In this document: in pieces, positions 1 through 12,000 of the stretch
Layout: every line of letters starts with the position of its first letter
Position numbering within the stretch: the first letter of the stretch is position 1
NCBI RefSeq assembly: GCF_006345805.1
Contig: NW_021832537.1
Coordinates: forward strand, 12,936 to 76,935
Source of the DNA: Octopus sinensis
Lineage: Eukaryota
Direction of reading: 5' to 3'
Length of the DNA: 64,000 nucleotides
Notes under the pieces: generated by a model
What the model was told of the DNA's origin: nothing
Databases searched by the model: none
Seen by the model: the letters and a program-made list of their open reading frames with translations, nothing else
Program-made: the position numbers and the translations under genes

Positions 1-723
1 CCTCGCAACCATATTCTGGTGCATGGCTTACAGCAATCCCTATGGCGTCAATCGGCACCTTAATGGACAACGACTGTGTAAGGATTTCCGTCTCTCTCCG
101 CCTCGGACTTCCCATTTGCAAAACACACCAGTGCCGCTGCGGTTTAAGAGTGGACTCATTTGGCCATCATCCCCTCTCCTGCTCACGTAGTGCCGGACGT
201 TTCCCACGACACGCCGCCATCAACGACACCGTGAGCCGTGCCCTAACGACGGCGGGGTTTCCTAATGAGCTCGAACCAGTCGGGCTCGACAGAGGCGACG
301 GTAAGCGCCCGGATGGCATGACAATCTTCCCGTTTGAAAAAGGGAAATGCCTTATCTGGGACGCCACCTGCTCCGACACTTTCTCCGCCAAGAATCTAAT
401 TGCCTCCGCTGCGGAACCGGGCTCAGTTGCAAAGCAGGCGGAACTAACAAAACAGAAGAAGTACCGGGTCCTGGCAAAGAATCACCAATTCACTGCAGTC
501 GCGGTGGAAACCTCTGGAGTCATCGGTCCGCAGACGCTATCGTTTCTCCGCCGCCTTGGATCTAAGCTCGTGGTTGCCACAAAAGATCCCAACGAGTCGA
601 TCAGACTCTTTCAAAGGATCTCATTGGCCATCATGCGCGGGAATTGCCAGTCGATTCGCTGCGCATTTTAACTCTTTTCGTTTATTAACAATAAGTTTGT
701 CAATTTAAAAAAAAAAAAAAAAA
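1..723 (+). mobile_element. 3' end of a CRE-clade non-LTR retrotransposon (zinc knuckle plus restriction-like endonuclease) with poly(A) tail
   Basis: ORF 42..671 has CRCG..VD..GHHPLSC...GRFPRH (CCHC), KRPDG and WDATC (PD-(D/E)xK RLE), AVETSG and FQRISLAIMRGN. An A-run at about 707-723 follows the stop. Confidence 0.85.
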
Positions 724-740
724 TTAAACAAAAATTTGAA

Positions 741-895
741 TGGCGTTATATCGGATAAGGCACATAATTTGGCGTGGCAATAACTGAGTGGCGGGGTTTG
801 CCATTATTAAGAGGAATTCAAAGAAGAACCAAAAAATGACGTGCAATATGCGGGGTGGCATTATAAGGGGATGACTTTATAGAGGGTCGTCACCG
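741..895. mobile_element. Remnant right end of the pogo/Tigger-like element whose full ends are seen at 25602-28623
   Basis: TGGCGTGGCAATAACTGAGTGGCGGGG...CGGGGTGGCATTATAAGGGGATGACTTTATAGAGGG matches 28496-28612. The terminal GTTTAAGTGTA is missing here. Confidence 0.7.
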
Positions 896-1076
896 CCTCA
901 ACCCAAAGGCCGTCACGACCCCAACTTATCTACAGAACTGGTTTATTTGAATTTATAATTTCTAATCGAAATTTTCATTTCCTTTAATTTACATTTCCTG
1001 AAATATAATTACATTGCAAAAATGATTATAAACTTGGCTACATTTCAAAATTTATTTATTTATTTCAGAAACAAAA

Positions 1077-3844
1077 TTAATAAATTGTTTTTAGTGTTGG
1101 CAAAAAAATAATTTTATTCCATTCCACTCTATAGTTTAAAATCCAAAAAATCCAAAAAAATGCTAATGAATATATGTTAATAACTTGATAGTATGCAACA
1201 TCAAATGTATATTTCATTACGAGGGTTGGGTAAATGTTCAAATTGCAACCTTTTTTTATCATTAATGAAACTGATGCCGCACACTAAATTAAAATTATCA
1301 TAAAAAATACATGAATATGTGAAAGGATCGCTAGAATGCAATAATACTTAAACAGCTTTTCATAAACTGTTTCATCTACGTTATCCGATGGCGTTATATT
1401 GAATGGTAACAAAACACTTTTAAAAATACAAAATGACGACATTTGAATGAAGTTTAAAAGAGCTATTAAAATTATAATAGTAAAAATTTAAACCTGCCAG
1501 TGTGTAATAATCTCCACGCAATAGGAAAGCCGAGGCGCTCCAATGTATTTCAGTAAGTGAATGGTTGTTTCCAATCAAATAATGGAACATCATGTTTAGA
1601 AAATACCAAAATGATAAATAAAAAAAGTCGTTGTTTAACTCGTGAAAAGTATTGTGAGTAGTACAATCCCGAGGTTTGTTGGTTATATGAGAAAAATAAA
1701 CATATAGTATCAGAAAGTAAATTATAAATGCCAGCAAATGTAATATATTGTTAGAATATATACACAAAATTACTATAATAAAAGCAAAAGATTTGTAGTA
1801 GGAACTTTTCTCTTGATTGAATAATTTATTTGGTGTGATATAAGAATAAATAAAAACCAAAGCGGCCGATAATGTTGAAAAATAAAATAAAAATGAAAAG
1901 AAACGTTGTCTTATAAAGCTCAGTTGAAGATATTCTTTAAAATAATACAAGTAAGTGGCAAAAAAAATAATCATGAAACAAACTGAAGATGAAAAAAGAA
2001 ATTTTAATAGTTTGTTAGATGTCTCTAACGTTATGATAAAGTAATATCCAATTGATAAAAAAATTAGCATTGTTGTATATACTATAATTGTTTGATTTGT
2101 GTTCAATACGGAAAGTTCCCTTGAGAAAAGATTACCATTAACTGACCACGTGGTAAATCGATAAAAAGCAGCGAAAAGTGTAGAAAATAATATAGTCGTG
2201 AGCGAAAACATTAGGAAATACAAATTATTTAAATTTGTATTAAACAAGACGACTAAGATGAGTGAAATTATAGCCAAACACATTGAGCTAAAAGCGTTAA
2301 TTTCGACAAAAAATAGGAAAACAAATATTAAACATCCCCATATAATTGATACAATTAAACCGAGATTAATTTTGAATTGCTTAATAACGGAAATAGTGAG
2401 CAGTACGAATATGCAAATGCTTGATGGAACAAAAAAAGACGAAGGAAGATAAGATTGGAAATAAACTAAAATACCGATTAATAGACATCGAAGCGTAGAA
2501 GGGACAAATTTGTTATCGGTAATACAAATTATCGGATAAATAAGATATAATGAATAAATAAAGCATTGAATTGCTATTTGAGTATCACAAATTCTCCATT
2601 TCTTGTAAATTGATTTCTTGGTTTCATTCATAAAACGATAATATAAATTGGATGCTTCTGAATAATTTTTTGATAAATATTGAAATTCTGCTTCTTTTAT
2701 ATACTTTGCTATTATTTCTTTTGCCTGCAGAGACTCATAAAATGTCAAAATTTGTAAAGCATTATTTCTGATAATATCAATATTCTAAAATATATGTTGA
2801 TCGTATAAAGACACTACTTTTCCTGGGTTTGTAAGTTCATTAATTACCGAACCAAGATTCTGAAAAGGGATTGGAACACCAAGTAAAGCTGCCAATGTTG
2901 GAGTAAAACTATCCTGCTCAATTTGATTTAATTCAGTCTACGATTATTTAATACATAATAATCTTACTGTTGAATAGTGATTTGCAGAAAGATTTTTTTT
3001 ACTGTAAACAAATAAAGCAGTTTTTTCTTCTCCTTCCCCATCTCCGTGAGATCCATTAGGAACTGATCCATGATCGCCAAATACAAATAAAATTGTCTCA
3101 TTGTCAATAACGGATTTAATTTTGCTACAAATAAATAGAAAAAGTATTATACCCAATAACTTTATTATAAAACTGAAGACGGTCTCTTATCGAAGGATGA
3201 TTTAGACCTACGAGGTGATAAAGGTGGTCCATTCCAAGGAAATGAGCAACATAGACGTCACCTTCATTATTTTCGATCATGGTGGGTAAATTGTCGTCAA
3301 TGAGATTGTCGATAGTATAAATATCATCAAGATCGTTGTCGTTAGTGTGCGTTTTTACAGAGAAATGATTATTATACATATTTACAAGAGATACACCTCC
3401 GACATAGACAATTTTTTTGTGATTAATATTTAGTTGGTTGAATATGTTATCTTCTACAAAACCGTAGTCCATCCAACTATGCCAAAATCCTGTAAAAATT
3501 GAATACAAACGATTAATAGTCATCGATGGAAACGGAGCCTCAAATGAATATAGACGTGTATTATATGGTTCATTTATTTGCATTTTATATAGATTTGTAA
3601 GCTGATTAAGATATGTTGCTTCCCTAGAACTGTTTGTTACTACAGAGTCGAGACGTAGTCCATCAATTATTATAATCACTGCTTTTGAAAATTTGCCCTT
3701 AAGATCCGATTTTTTGCTTATTCCATACAAGTTCCCTCTTCTTTGAGTATTTACAGTCTGGCAGTGAATTATATTCAGATAGTTTATATAAATAAAGAAT
3801 GATAGCAATATCCACCTTATTAGAATATTAATAACACTCTCCAT
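1077..3844 (-). CDS. PIGO: GPI ethanolamine-phosphate transferase, PIG-O/GPI13-like (copy 1); multi-exon with about 5 introns of 26-33 nt
   Basis: N-terminal signal anchor, IIIDGLRLD, PFPSMTINRL, HFLGMDHLYH, GDHGSVPNGSHG, and after splicing QDSFTPTLAALLGVPIPFQNLG, followed by a long multi-TM region. GT-AG introns join ORFs 3125..3844, 2944..3156, 1420..2748 and 1077..1262. Confidence 0.8.
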
Positions 3845-4147
3845 TCGAGTTTAAATGGGCATAGCGGGAAAATTGTATATTTAAACCGCAGTTCACGAAC
3901 GAGCTTAAAATTCCCTTAAATTTTCCAATTCTCAGATTTGCCAATTTCTAAGAAAATTTTTTTTAATTTATTAGAAATTTTCTGATTTCCGAATTTGTCA
4001 ATGTTTTTTCAAAGTTTTAAAAAAATGACTAAAAATTTGCATTTGAGATCCTTTTAATTTTGACTTTACATATTTCCGACAAAAGAACAAGTAAACACAT
4101 TGTTATTTTTTTTGAAATATTTGCTGTTGAGGTTGTTTCCACAATGG

Positions 4148-4885
4148 GTCCTATCAGTTCTAACATCGAGGGGAATTCAGCGGCGTTAAGCACGCGCTTC
4201 ACAACGTCGTTCAATGAAGCGTGCCTGGGGATCCTGCCGGCACTGAGGCGACAAGAGAGAGGGTGTAAACCTCTCCTGTGACGAGATCGGTAACGCATTC
4301 AGCCAATCGCCCGAATGCGGTTGACAGACACAATTAATGCTTGCCAACTGAAACTGATCGGCGTGTGACCGGATATCTTCAATTATGTGAGAACAATATA
4401 TGTTGTCCCAGTGCTTTTGAGCCGACGGAATGTTCGGAACTTTAAGCCCCCGAGGAACCCACACGTTGACACCAGCCGCATATTCCACCAACTCGCACTG
4501 TTCAGAAGAGAGAAAAAGAACAGAGTTGACGAAATTAGTAGAAGCGGACAACGATGATAGGTAACACGGAAGGGATAAGTCACGGCAAGAGGAAATACCG
4601 ATGCCCCCATAACGGATGGGCAAATTAGCACGCACCATATCATCAGATTTGAGTTTTATGTTTACCAGTAGCCCAAGGACTTTGGAAACCAGATTATCCA
4701 GGCGAGATAAGTATTCTTGTTCTCGGAAGCACGACGTAGAGCGCATGAGAAAAGTAAGTTTCGGAATAAAGAGATAGTTCTTGAGTAGAAAAAGCCCCAG
4801 GTGTGATTAGAGTTTACAGATACGCGAAATGAGGATTTCTATCTCCTCTTCCTTGTTAGCCAGAGCCTTCTTAGTGCCCTTTCAA
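4148..4885 (-). mobile_element. Decayed CRE-clade retrotransposon fragment with an in-frame stop and an internal deletion
   Basis: GLFLLKNYLFIPKLTFLMRS, LPIRYGGIGI and [12 protein letters not shown] are joined directly to [22 protein letters not shown]. About 40 codons present in the 1-671 copy are missing. Confidence 0.8.
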
Positions 4886-5258
4886 CAAGCATTTAGGTAA
4901 ATTCTAATTAAATCGGTTCTAAGAATAACCCAGTATATCCTTGAGCCATAATGCTGTTCGCGTTCAAATAAAGAATAAAAATAAACAAATTTCGAGTAAC
5001 ACGGACATAGCAAGTTGGGATTTCTGGAATGATTTTTGTTTTGATTAGTCGCAGGATTGTTGCACACAATCCCATACAACAGGGATTATCGTGTCTTTTA
5101 AGTTTTATTTCGCACAAGTCAATTTAAAAGTGACTTTTCAGTCAGCGCCCCTGCTTATAGTTTAATTCACCTCCACACATTATGTACGGCGTATCCACAA
5201 TATTATGTTATTTGCTCAATAGATCGACAGAATGTATTAGACCGACATGTATTAGTAA

Positions 5259-6467
5259 CTATGAAACAGTTTTGTTAAGCCTCGGATTGGTCAATTTATT
5301 AGCTCTGGACTTGATGTCAGCATTGGCCATGTTCGCACTGTTCTGAGCCAGTTTGCACACGTACGACTTGTCCAAAATAAATTTCTAAAGTTGCAAATAA
5401 TCTCAACTTGGATGAAACTCAACTTTTCGGCGTAGCCCTCCAATTTGGTAACCGCGGAGTCTTCAGTGAAGGCGGCACAGTTGTCAGCCAGGGAGTTGAT
5501 GATCATGAAAATTTTACTGACGAGGACTTGACGGTCCCGTTCGATCGAATTTCTTCGAGAAAACTTTTGGATAAAGTCGTCGTTGACCGCCTTCTGAACG
5601 TAGTACTCGTTTTGCATGGCGTTGATTTGGCTGAGAATGGAGATTTTGATGTTCTCGTGCGATTTCCGCATTTCGTCGAGCATACATTTTTCCCGCTCGA
5701 GCTTGGAGTGGGGAAGAGGGCCTACCTTGTTCCCTATTTCCACACTGTGCTCGAACAAGTACTCGTTCGTGTCCTTGAGGGTGTTGAAGCGCGTTATGAT
5801 GGAGGCAATGTCCTTCTCCCCCTCCAGGAAGAACTCTACGACTCAGTCGGGTCACCAGCCTGCAGGCATGATGTCCATCGTCTCGTTTATGAAATCCCTG
5901 TACGCCTCGTTCGCCGCAATGTCCTTTTTGAGTGACACTTGTCTGCGTTCTTCCATTTTGTGCAGGACTTTGACCGCCTCGAATTCTCGTTTTTTGTTTT
6001 CCGACAGGACGAGTTCTCTTTTATACTTTTGTATTGCTCGTTGTCTCTTGGATTCGTTTTCGTCGATGTATTTCTGGAACCGCTCCCGCTTTTCGACCAA
6101 CTTTGTGTGTGATCACGCGCCCTCACCTCATTCTTTGATTTGTTGAGTCTTTGTCTCCTCTTCTTGAACTCCTCCATTTTCTCGTTGAATTCATCCTTCT
6201 TTTTCGACAAATTGAGGTCGGCCTCCTCATTCTCGACCTACCAAGACATTCCTCTCCGGCATCACCTCTTTTTTCAGCAAAGCAGTGTCAGTGAACGTTT
6301 TCAGTGCTTCCTTACTCGCATATTTCTTGGCCTTCTCGATTATTTTGTCTATTTTTATGTTTGTGCTGTCCCTGACAATTCACATTTCACGTCTACAGCT
6401 GGGGCTGAGTCAGGAAAAATTTAGTCGCCTCATTTTCGTCATCCGAATTGGGCAGGGCGGCCGACAT
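5259..6467 (-). CDS. CCDC42/CFAP73-family (DUF4200) coiled-coil protein, cilium/flagellum-associated family
   Basis: Spliced product reads TALLKKEVENEEADLNLSKKKDEFNEKMEEFKKRRQRL...ERFQKYIDENESKRQRAIQKY, with C-terminal FIQKFILDK. Introns are 23-28 nt and one appears to be GC-AG. Family recognised from memory. Confidence 0.6.
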
Positions 6468-6678
6468 GACAAATGTATTATTTGGGCATGGCAACACAAA
6501 TTTATTGTGCTCGACATTGCAAATCAACGCCGCCATTAAACATTATTTGCCGTCTTCTTCTTTCTGAGATGAGTATTCATTCCTCTCACATCCAACGAGG
6601 ACGGCCATTAGGACGGGACATGAATTTGTGTTTAACTATAATTTGGGATATTTTATATTAAAGAGGAATAAATAAAAC

Positions 6679-7740
6679 ATGCAGCCAGTGGACAGTGGCA
6701 CCCGCAGGAAGGCCTATGAATTCCTCGAAGCCATGTCTCAGAAAGCAGGCCTGCCAAATAATGCCGGGGAAGCCGAAGAGGCAATATTTCGCAGGAGTAG
6801 CAGTCGGTGTCTTTAGATTTGGTGACAATAATAGGGAGACATACGAAATGGAGTTCAATTTCCAGAAATTCATTCTTTCGAGAGACCTCCGTTCCCTCAA
6901 AAACTCCCAAACCACCAAAATAGCCGACAAAATGGGTATTCGTGCATGTCCAGCCTAAAGAGGCGCAGACGGTCTACTCGACGATCCAGTCCATCTTAGA
7001 AGCCCCCATCGAGCGGCTGACCGACATTTCTGTGTGTTGGAGGCGTCTCCGCTCATTCGCGTCGGCCATCTCCGCCCTCTTCAGAATATTAGTCGCAGTT
7101 CTCGTTCTGCTTATCCTTGCAGAATTCCGGGAGCACTGACCACATGTCGAGACTCCAACAACTGCTGCTGACATTGGAGTCGGTGACTTGTCCCGTCGCC
7201 TACGAAGTGTTGTTGAAATGGGAGAACTTTGTTGTCACTCTCATTCGCTCCCACGACTCACAGATTATCCACATGCTCCGACAGGAGTGGCCCGATTTGG
7301 TCGGTTCTACGCCTCCCCCGAAAGAAGTCGAGGACACTCCCTCACACGATATTCTCAAGGATCTACAAAAACTAGCATTCGGAGATTCCACGAAAATGTT
7401 TTTCTACGGTTTCCGTGACACGAATTCGGGGACTGGAGAGAAATGTGCTACTCCTCCCGAGGATGGGGGTAGTAATTCAGCCATGGAAAAGGAGATTCGG
7501 TTGTTGTCGTCCAGCTGGGAGTGCAAGCTGATTTCCCTTCCCCCGTCTGGTGCCTACATTCTCAGATGCTCTTCGTTGGAAATACTGGCGCCGTCTGTGG
7601 ATGTCGTCGTCGGGTGTGGGTACCCTTCTGAGCCAGCCTTCTTGGCGGATGTCTCCATACCATCATCGTGTCTGGATACGACCACTTGTTCGATCACTCA
7701 GTGTCTTTGTAATTACCTCGATTCACTCAAGACTTTGTGA
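6679..7740 (+). CDS. MED15: Compact Mediator subunit 15-like protein (about 325 aa): KIX domain plus C-terminal domain
   Basis: After removing a 28-nt intron the N-terminus is TRRKAYEFLEAMSQKAGLPNNAGEAEEAIFRRSSSRETY..FILSRD..KNSQ, with spacing like the MED15 KIX (KAG..HVFLKAKTRDEY..FRD..K.SQ). Downstream MSRLQQLLLTLES..EVLLKWE and EIRLL..GAYILRC..GYPSEP resemble the MED15 C-terminus. Confidence 0.55.
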
Positions 7741-8052
7741 TTGGTCTATTAATGGCTTAGTTGTTCAATGCGGCATTCTGTCCAGTTGTAATGAGTGGAT
7801 TACCCTCATTCTTTCAAGTCAATATATAGTGGAAAGGATACTGTTAAAATTCATGATTATTCGATGGAAATAAGGAGAATAAATTAGTGGAAGAACAAGG
7901 CGGTCTAGTCGAACAATGATAATCTAATTAACTGTTATTGGTGGCAAGTAAATCTATTAATACAGACAATTGCACTTGTTAGTCGGAATAGGAATCAGCG
8001 TCACCTGTCGTTTATAAGCCAGCATCGTGGAAATGGAAGAGATAAATCGGAA

Positions 8053-8839
8053 ATGTACATTCCTGATGTGTGTCGAGGGTGCGGGGAATTCATTCACGAA
8101 AAGTACAAAATGCAAGTAAACGACGAGTTCTGGCACGGGGACTGTCTGAAATGCATGGCCTGTTCGTGTCCCTTGGAGAGCGCAGGGAAATGCTACGTGA
8201 TCAACCAAAACATATATTGCTGGGAGGACTACTACAGGTGAGGAGTCTCACACATCTAAGAATAAGTAAATTCGAGACACAGCAGTGCTTAAAGTGCCAC
8301 CGCAACTTGCAGGCAGGGGACTGGGTTCGCAGAGCGGAAAACAATTTATACCACTTGGCTTGTTTCTCGTGCGACATGTGTCAGCGGCAGTTGTCGACTG
8401 GGGAGGAGTATTACCTTCTCCACAACAAAGTGTTATGCAAGAGTGACTACATTGATGAACAGGACTCCCACCACTGCGGTTGACTCACACTCTCTACTTT
8501 TAGTTGCCAAAAACCGTCACAAGAGAATCAGGACGACGTTCTCCGACCAGCAAATACAGATGCTCCAACAATACTTTGAAATCGACCAGAACCCCGACAG
8601 CCAAGAACTGGAGAGGATTTCTCAGGAAGTGAAGCTACCCAAAAGAGTTTCACAGGTTTGCAAGTTTACAATTCCCTCAGGTTTGGTTTCAAAATTCACG
8701 AGCCCGGCATAAGAAGACGAAACTGTCCGATCAGTCTGGAATCAAAAAAAGTAGTGTTTTTGGAGACTGTTCGTTTTCCTCGTCAGATACATGTCGCAAA
8801 GATACATTTTACAGTGACTTGTGTAGTGCACATTTGTAG
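8053..8839 (+). CDS. LHX6/8: LIM-homeodomain transcription factor, Lhx6/8 (Arrowhead) class
   Basis: Two LIM domains (CRGC..WHGDCLKC..C; CLKC..DWVRRA..YHLACFSCD.CQRQLSTGEE..LCK.DY) and homeodomain KRIRTTFSDQQ..DQNPDSQELERI..KRVSQVWFQNSRARHKK. Introns are 23, 25 and 25 nt. Confidence 0.9.
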
Positions 8840-9012
8840 GCTTTTCGTCGGATGACAATCAGTTCTAATCAGCTGAATAGTATTAATATATTAACATGTA
8901 TGAAATGTTGGAGGGAGTTCAGGTGTGAATACCTAGGTCAAGTGTTATATGTCTGCGATTAATTAGTTTTGTTGTGTTTAAAGTGAAATAATAATGAAAC
9001 CAAATACAACAT

Positions 9013-12000
9013 TCAGTCACTATCGCAATCGTTGTCAGCATAGCAGGTGAGGTCGACAGTGAGAAATCGACTGGACATGCAGGCGTCCACTGTCTGACCA
9101 TCAACACAACAGAGCACCTGCGGGTATATCCCTATCAACGAGTCGGCACGACTGTAGAACTCTTCCTTGAGAGAAATGACAATACACTGAAAGTGATCCG
9201 CCGACTGTCTGCGAATATAATTGGCAACCTGGGCTAAGTGCAACACCCCACCCTGCCAATATTTGTGTTGTCCAATGCAGAGTCGATCTCGTCCAACACA
9301 AAGAAAGGAGCCGGCTTATAACTGTGCATTGCAAACAGGAGAGCCAAGGCTGCCACAGTCTTCTCTCCCCCAGACATGTTGTCCATTGCTCGGTAGCGCT
9401 TTCCGGGGGCCACGCAGTTGTAGTTTATTCCCTCCAAATATGGCTCCTCCTGATTCTCTGCCCCCAACACAGCCTGGGCCGTCTGATTGCCCGCCAACTC
9501 CTGAGGAAATGACAAATTGTACTCACTTTATACACACTGTCGATGCATTTACTCACGTGTGTGAAAAAAGACTGAAACCTCTCCAATCGCGCATTCTTGA
9601 CCCGTTCAAAGTCTTGCCGAGCTTTCTTTGTCCGTCGCCGAGCGTTCTCAAAGTCAGTCACCGTCTGGGCGAACCGTTCACACAGTCCTTCCAACCTAGA
9701 AATGAATGCACAAGACAACCGTTCTCCCCCACGCGAACTGGGATTGGACGACTGGTTCAACGTCTCCACCAACGCCAGGAACTCCCTTTCCAGATTATCG
9801 GCAGTCTTTTTGACTTGACTCAATTCGACAGTCCTGAGATCATCGGGGAGGGAAGAGTAGTCAATGACGAGAGTTCCCTCCCTCTCATACATTGCTCGAG
9901 CTTCGGGGGTTACGAATGTGTCAGGAAAGTCCTCCCCCGACTGAGGCATCTCTGCAGTCACCGAGTCGACACTCCCACTGATCACTGGCAGGGAAATCCC
10001 CTCCAACTTGCACAGTTTGAGCAGGGAGTGGCGCTCGTATCGCTTATTCTCGAATTTGTTCTCCGCCGTGGCCACTGTCTTCTGCAACTCGGCCAAATCG
10101 TGATAATGTTGGGACATGCTCTCCTTCATTTCGCTCAATTCACTGTTCACACTCTCCATCTCCGTTGTCGTCCTCTTCCTTATTTCTTTGAGGCTCTCAA
10201 TCTCTGCAGTGATGTCATCAATGGACTAAGACTGAATGGGACTGACAACTTGAGTCAATTCAGACTCTTCAACAGCCAGTAGGCGACACTCCTCCTCATC
10301 CTCCACGATGATCTTACCCCATTTGTGTATATTATCTACGCGGTGACTGACCACGCAGACTCGTCGTGTCTCGGGACCTCTCATAGTCCAGTTGATTGAG
10401 TATTCGTGTCCGCTGGTTGTCAAAGTCGAGAGTCCGCGTTGCCCGATCCTTCTGAACGAGCAACTCGCCCTCCTCGAACTGCCTAAACATTACTCGCACA
10501 CTCACACACCGAATGTTGGGAATATCACACTCCGCACAGAACGAGGAGAACACGGTGTCCTTTATCGAGTTTATGGTGGCCTCCAAATCCGCCAACTTGT
10601 CTGCCCTCGTCTGTATTCGCCCCCTCAACTCCTCCATTTCGGGCTATGGAGTGACACCCACACACTCACTCTCAGGTTGGACAGTTCTGTGGTCAGTGTG
10701 GCAATGTCCTCACTGATCTGCGGTATTTGGCGATTCTCCTGTCATCAGTCACCACACATACCGCGGTCTGTCTGTCGTTCCGAGTGTACTTCATCCGAGC
10801 CTCCAATCCCTGCAGTTGAGCCCGAACAGTGCACAGCTCAAACTCCTTCCGGTTTTCCCGAATTTGTTCTCTCAACTCTTCAGTCAGCCGTTCCTTGGTC
10901 ACTTTGAGTTTATTCAAATCCTTGTCCTCCCACCGTCTGGCCTTCACACGCAGGTCACTACAAGTGGGTCTCCCCGACTACCTGGCACCTCCCGAGATGA
11001 CCCCCGACGGCTGGAAGAGTGTCCCGTCCAACGAAACGGCCTTGTGGCGGACAGGGAGATCGAAGGCCACTCGTCTGGCATCCTCGACTGTCTCGCACAC
11101 GAGGGAGTTGCCACACACAAAGAGGAGTGCCTTCTTGATGGTGGGCGGATTGTACCGAATCACGTCCACCACCAACTTGACATTGACGGCCACTCGGATA
11201 TCTCTGCCCTCCTCGACACTCCAATACCTCAATCTCTCGTCGATGGCCACGGCTGTGATTGCCTCCAGGGGGATGAATGTTTCTGGCTCATATCGTCGTT
11301 CTTTTGCGTAGAGAATACACTCGCAGGCGGTCTTTTGGTTGTCGCAGACTATCGCCTCCATGTAACTCCCCATCACTTTCGTCACGGCCACCTGGTATCG
11401 CCTGTGGGAGGGCTGACACAAGTCCAACAGACGCCCGTACTGCAAACTGGCACAGACATCACCAACCACTCCCTTGTTCAGCTTTTTCAAGTTTTGCACC
11501 AATTCGGTCTTTTTCAACAACCGGGAGGACTCATTCCTGTCCATCTGAGGAGTCAGACAAGTGATTACATTGGCTTCCCCCAACTGCCCCTCCACTGACT
11601 CTATTTCGGTGGTGAGGGCATTTATCCTCGTCTTGGCCTTCTCCACGTCCTCCCTCAGGTTGGTCTCCATTGTGCGGTATTCTTCCAGGAGAACTTGGTT
11701 GGTTCTACGATTAGGGAAAAGAGGGACCTCAGGTATTCGTCAAACTTGTCGATTCGACGCCTGGTCTCCTCCATCTCTTTGTTTTTCTGGTCAATCCTGA
11801 ATTGAATGTCATTTTCTCGGCAAACGAGTCCGGCAAGTGAGCCCTCGTCCATTTTCTGATCACGACTGACCGAATCGACCTGCTGGACTAAGTGGGTGGT
11901 CTCCCCCTCCACACGCATGCGTAGTCGACTGTACTCCTCCATCTGGACACACACACTCCCCCTACCTGACTGGCCCCCAACTCACTCTGCTGTGTCCCCA

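Noticed and set aside
6790-6835. Non-canonical GA-AG intron in MED15-like
   Set aside because: A canonical 28-nt GT-AG intron gives better KIX spacing.
9221-10282. 353-aa plus-strand ORF and other long ORFs opposite SMC1, PEPCK and CCDC42-like
   Set aside because: These are antisense shadows of GC-rich coding exons with no recognisable motifs.
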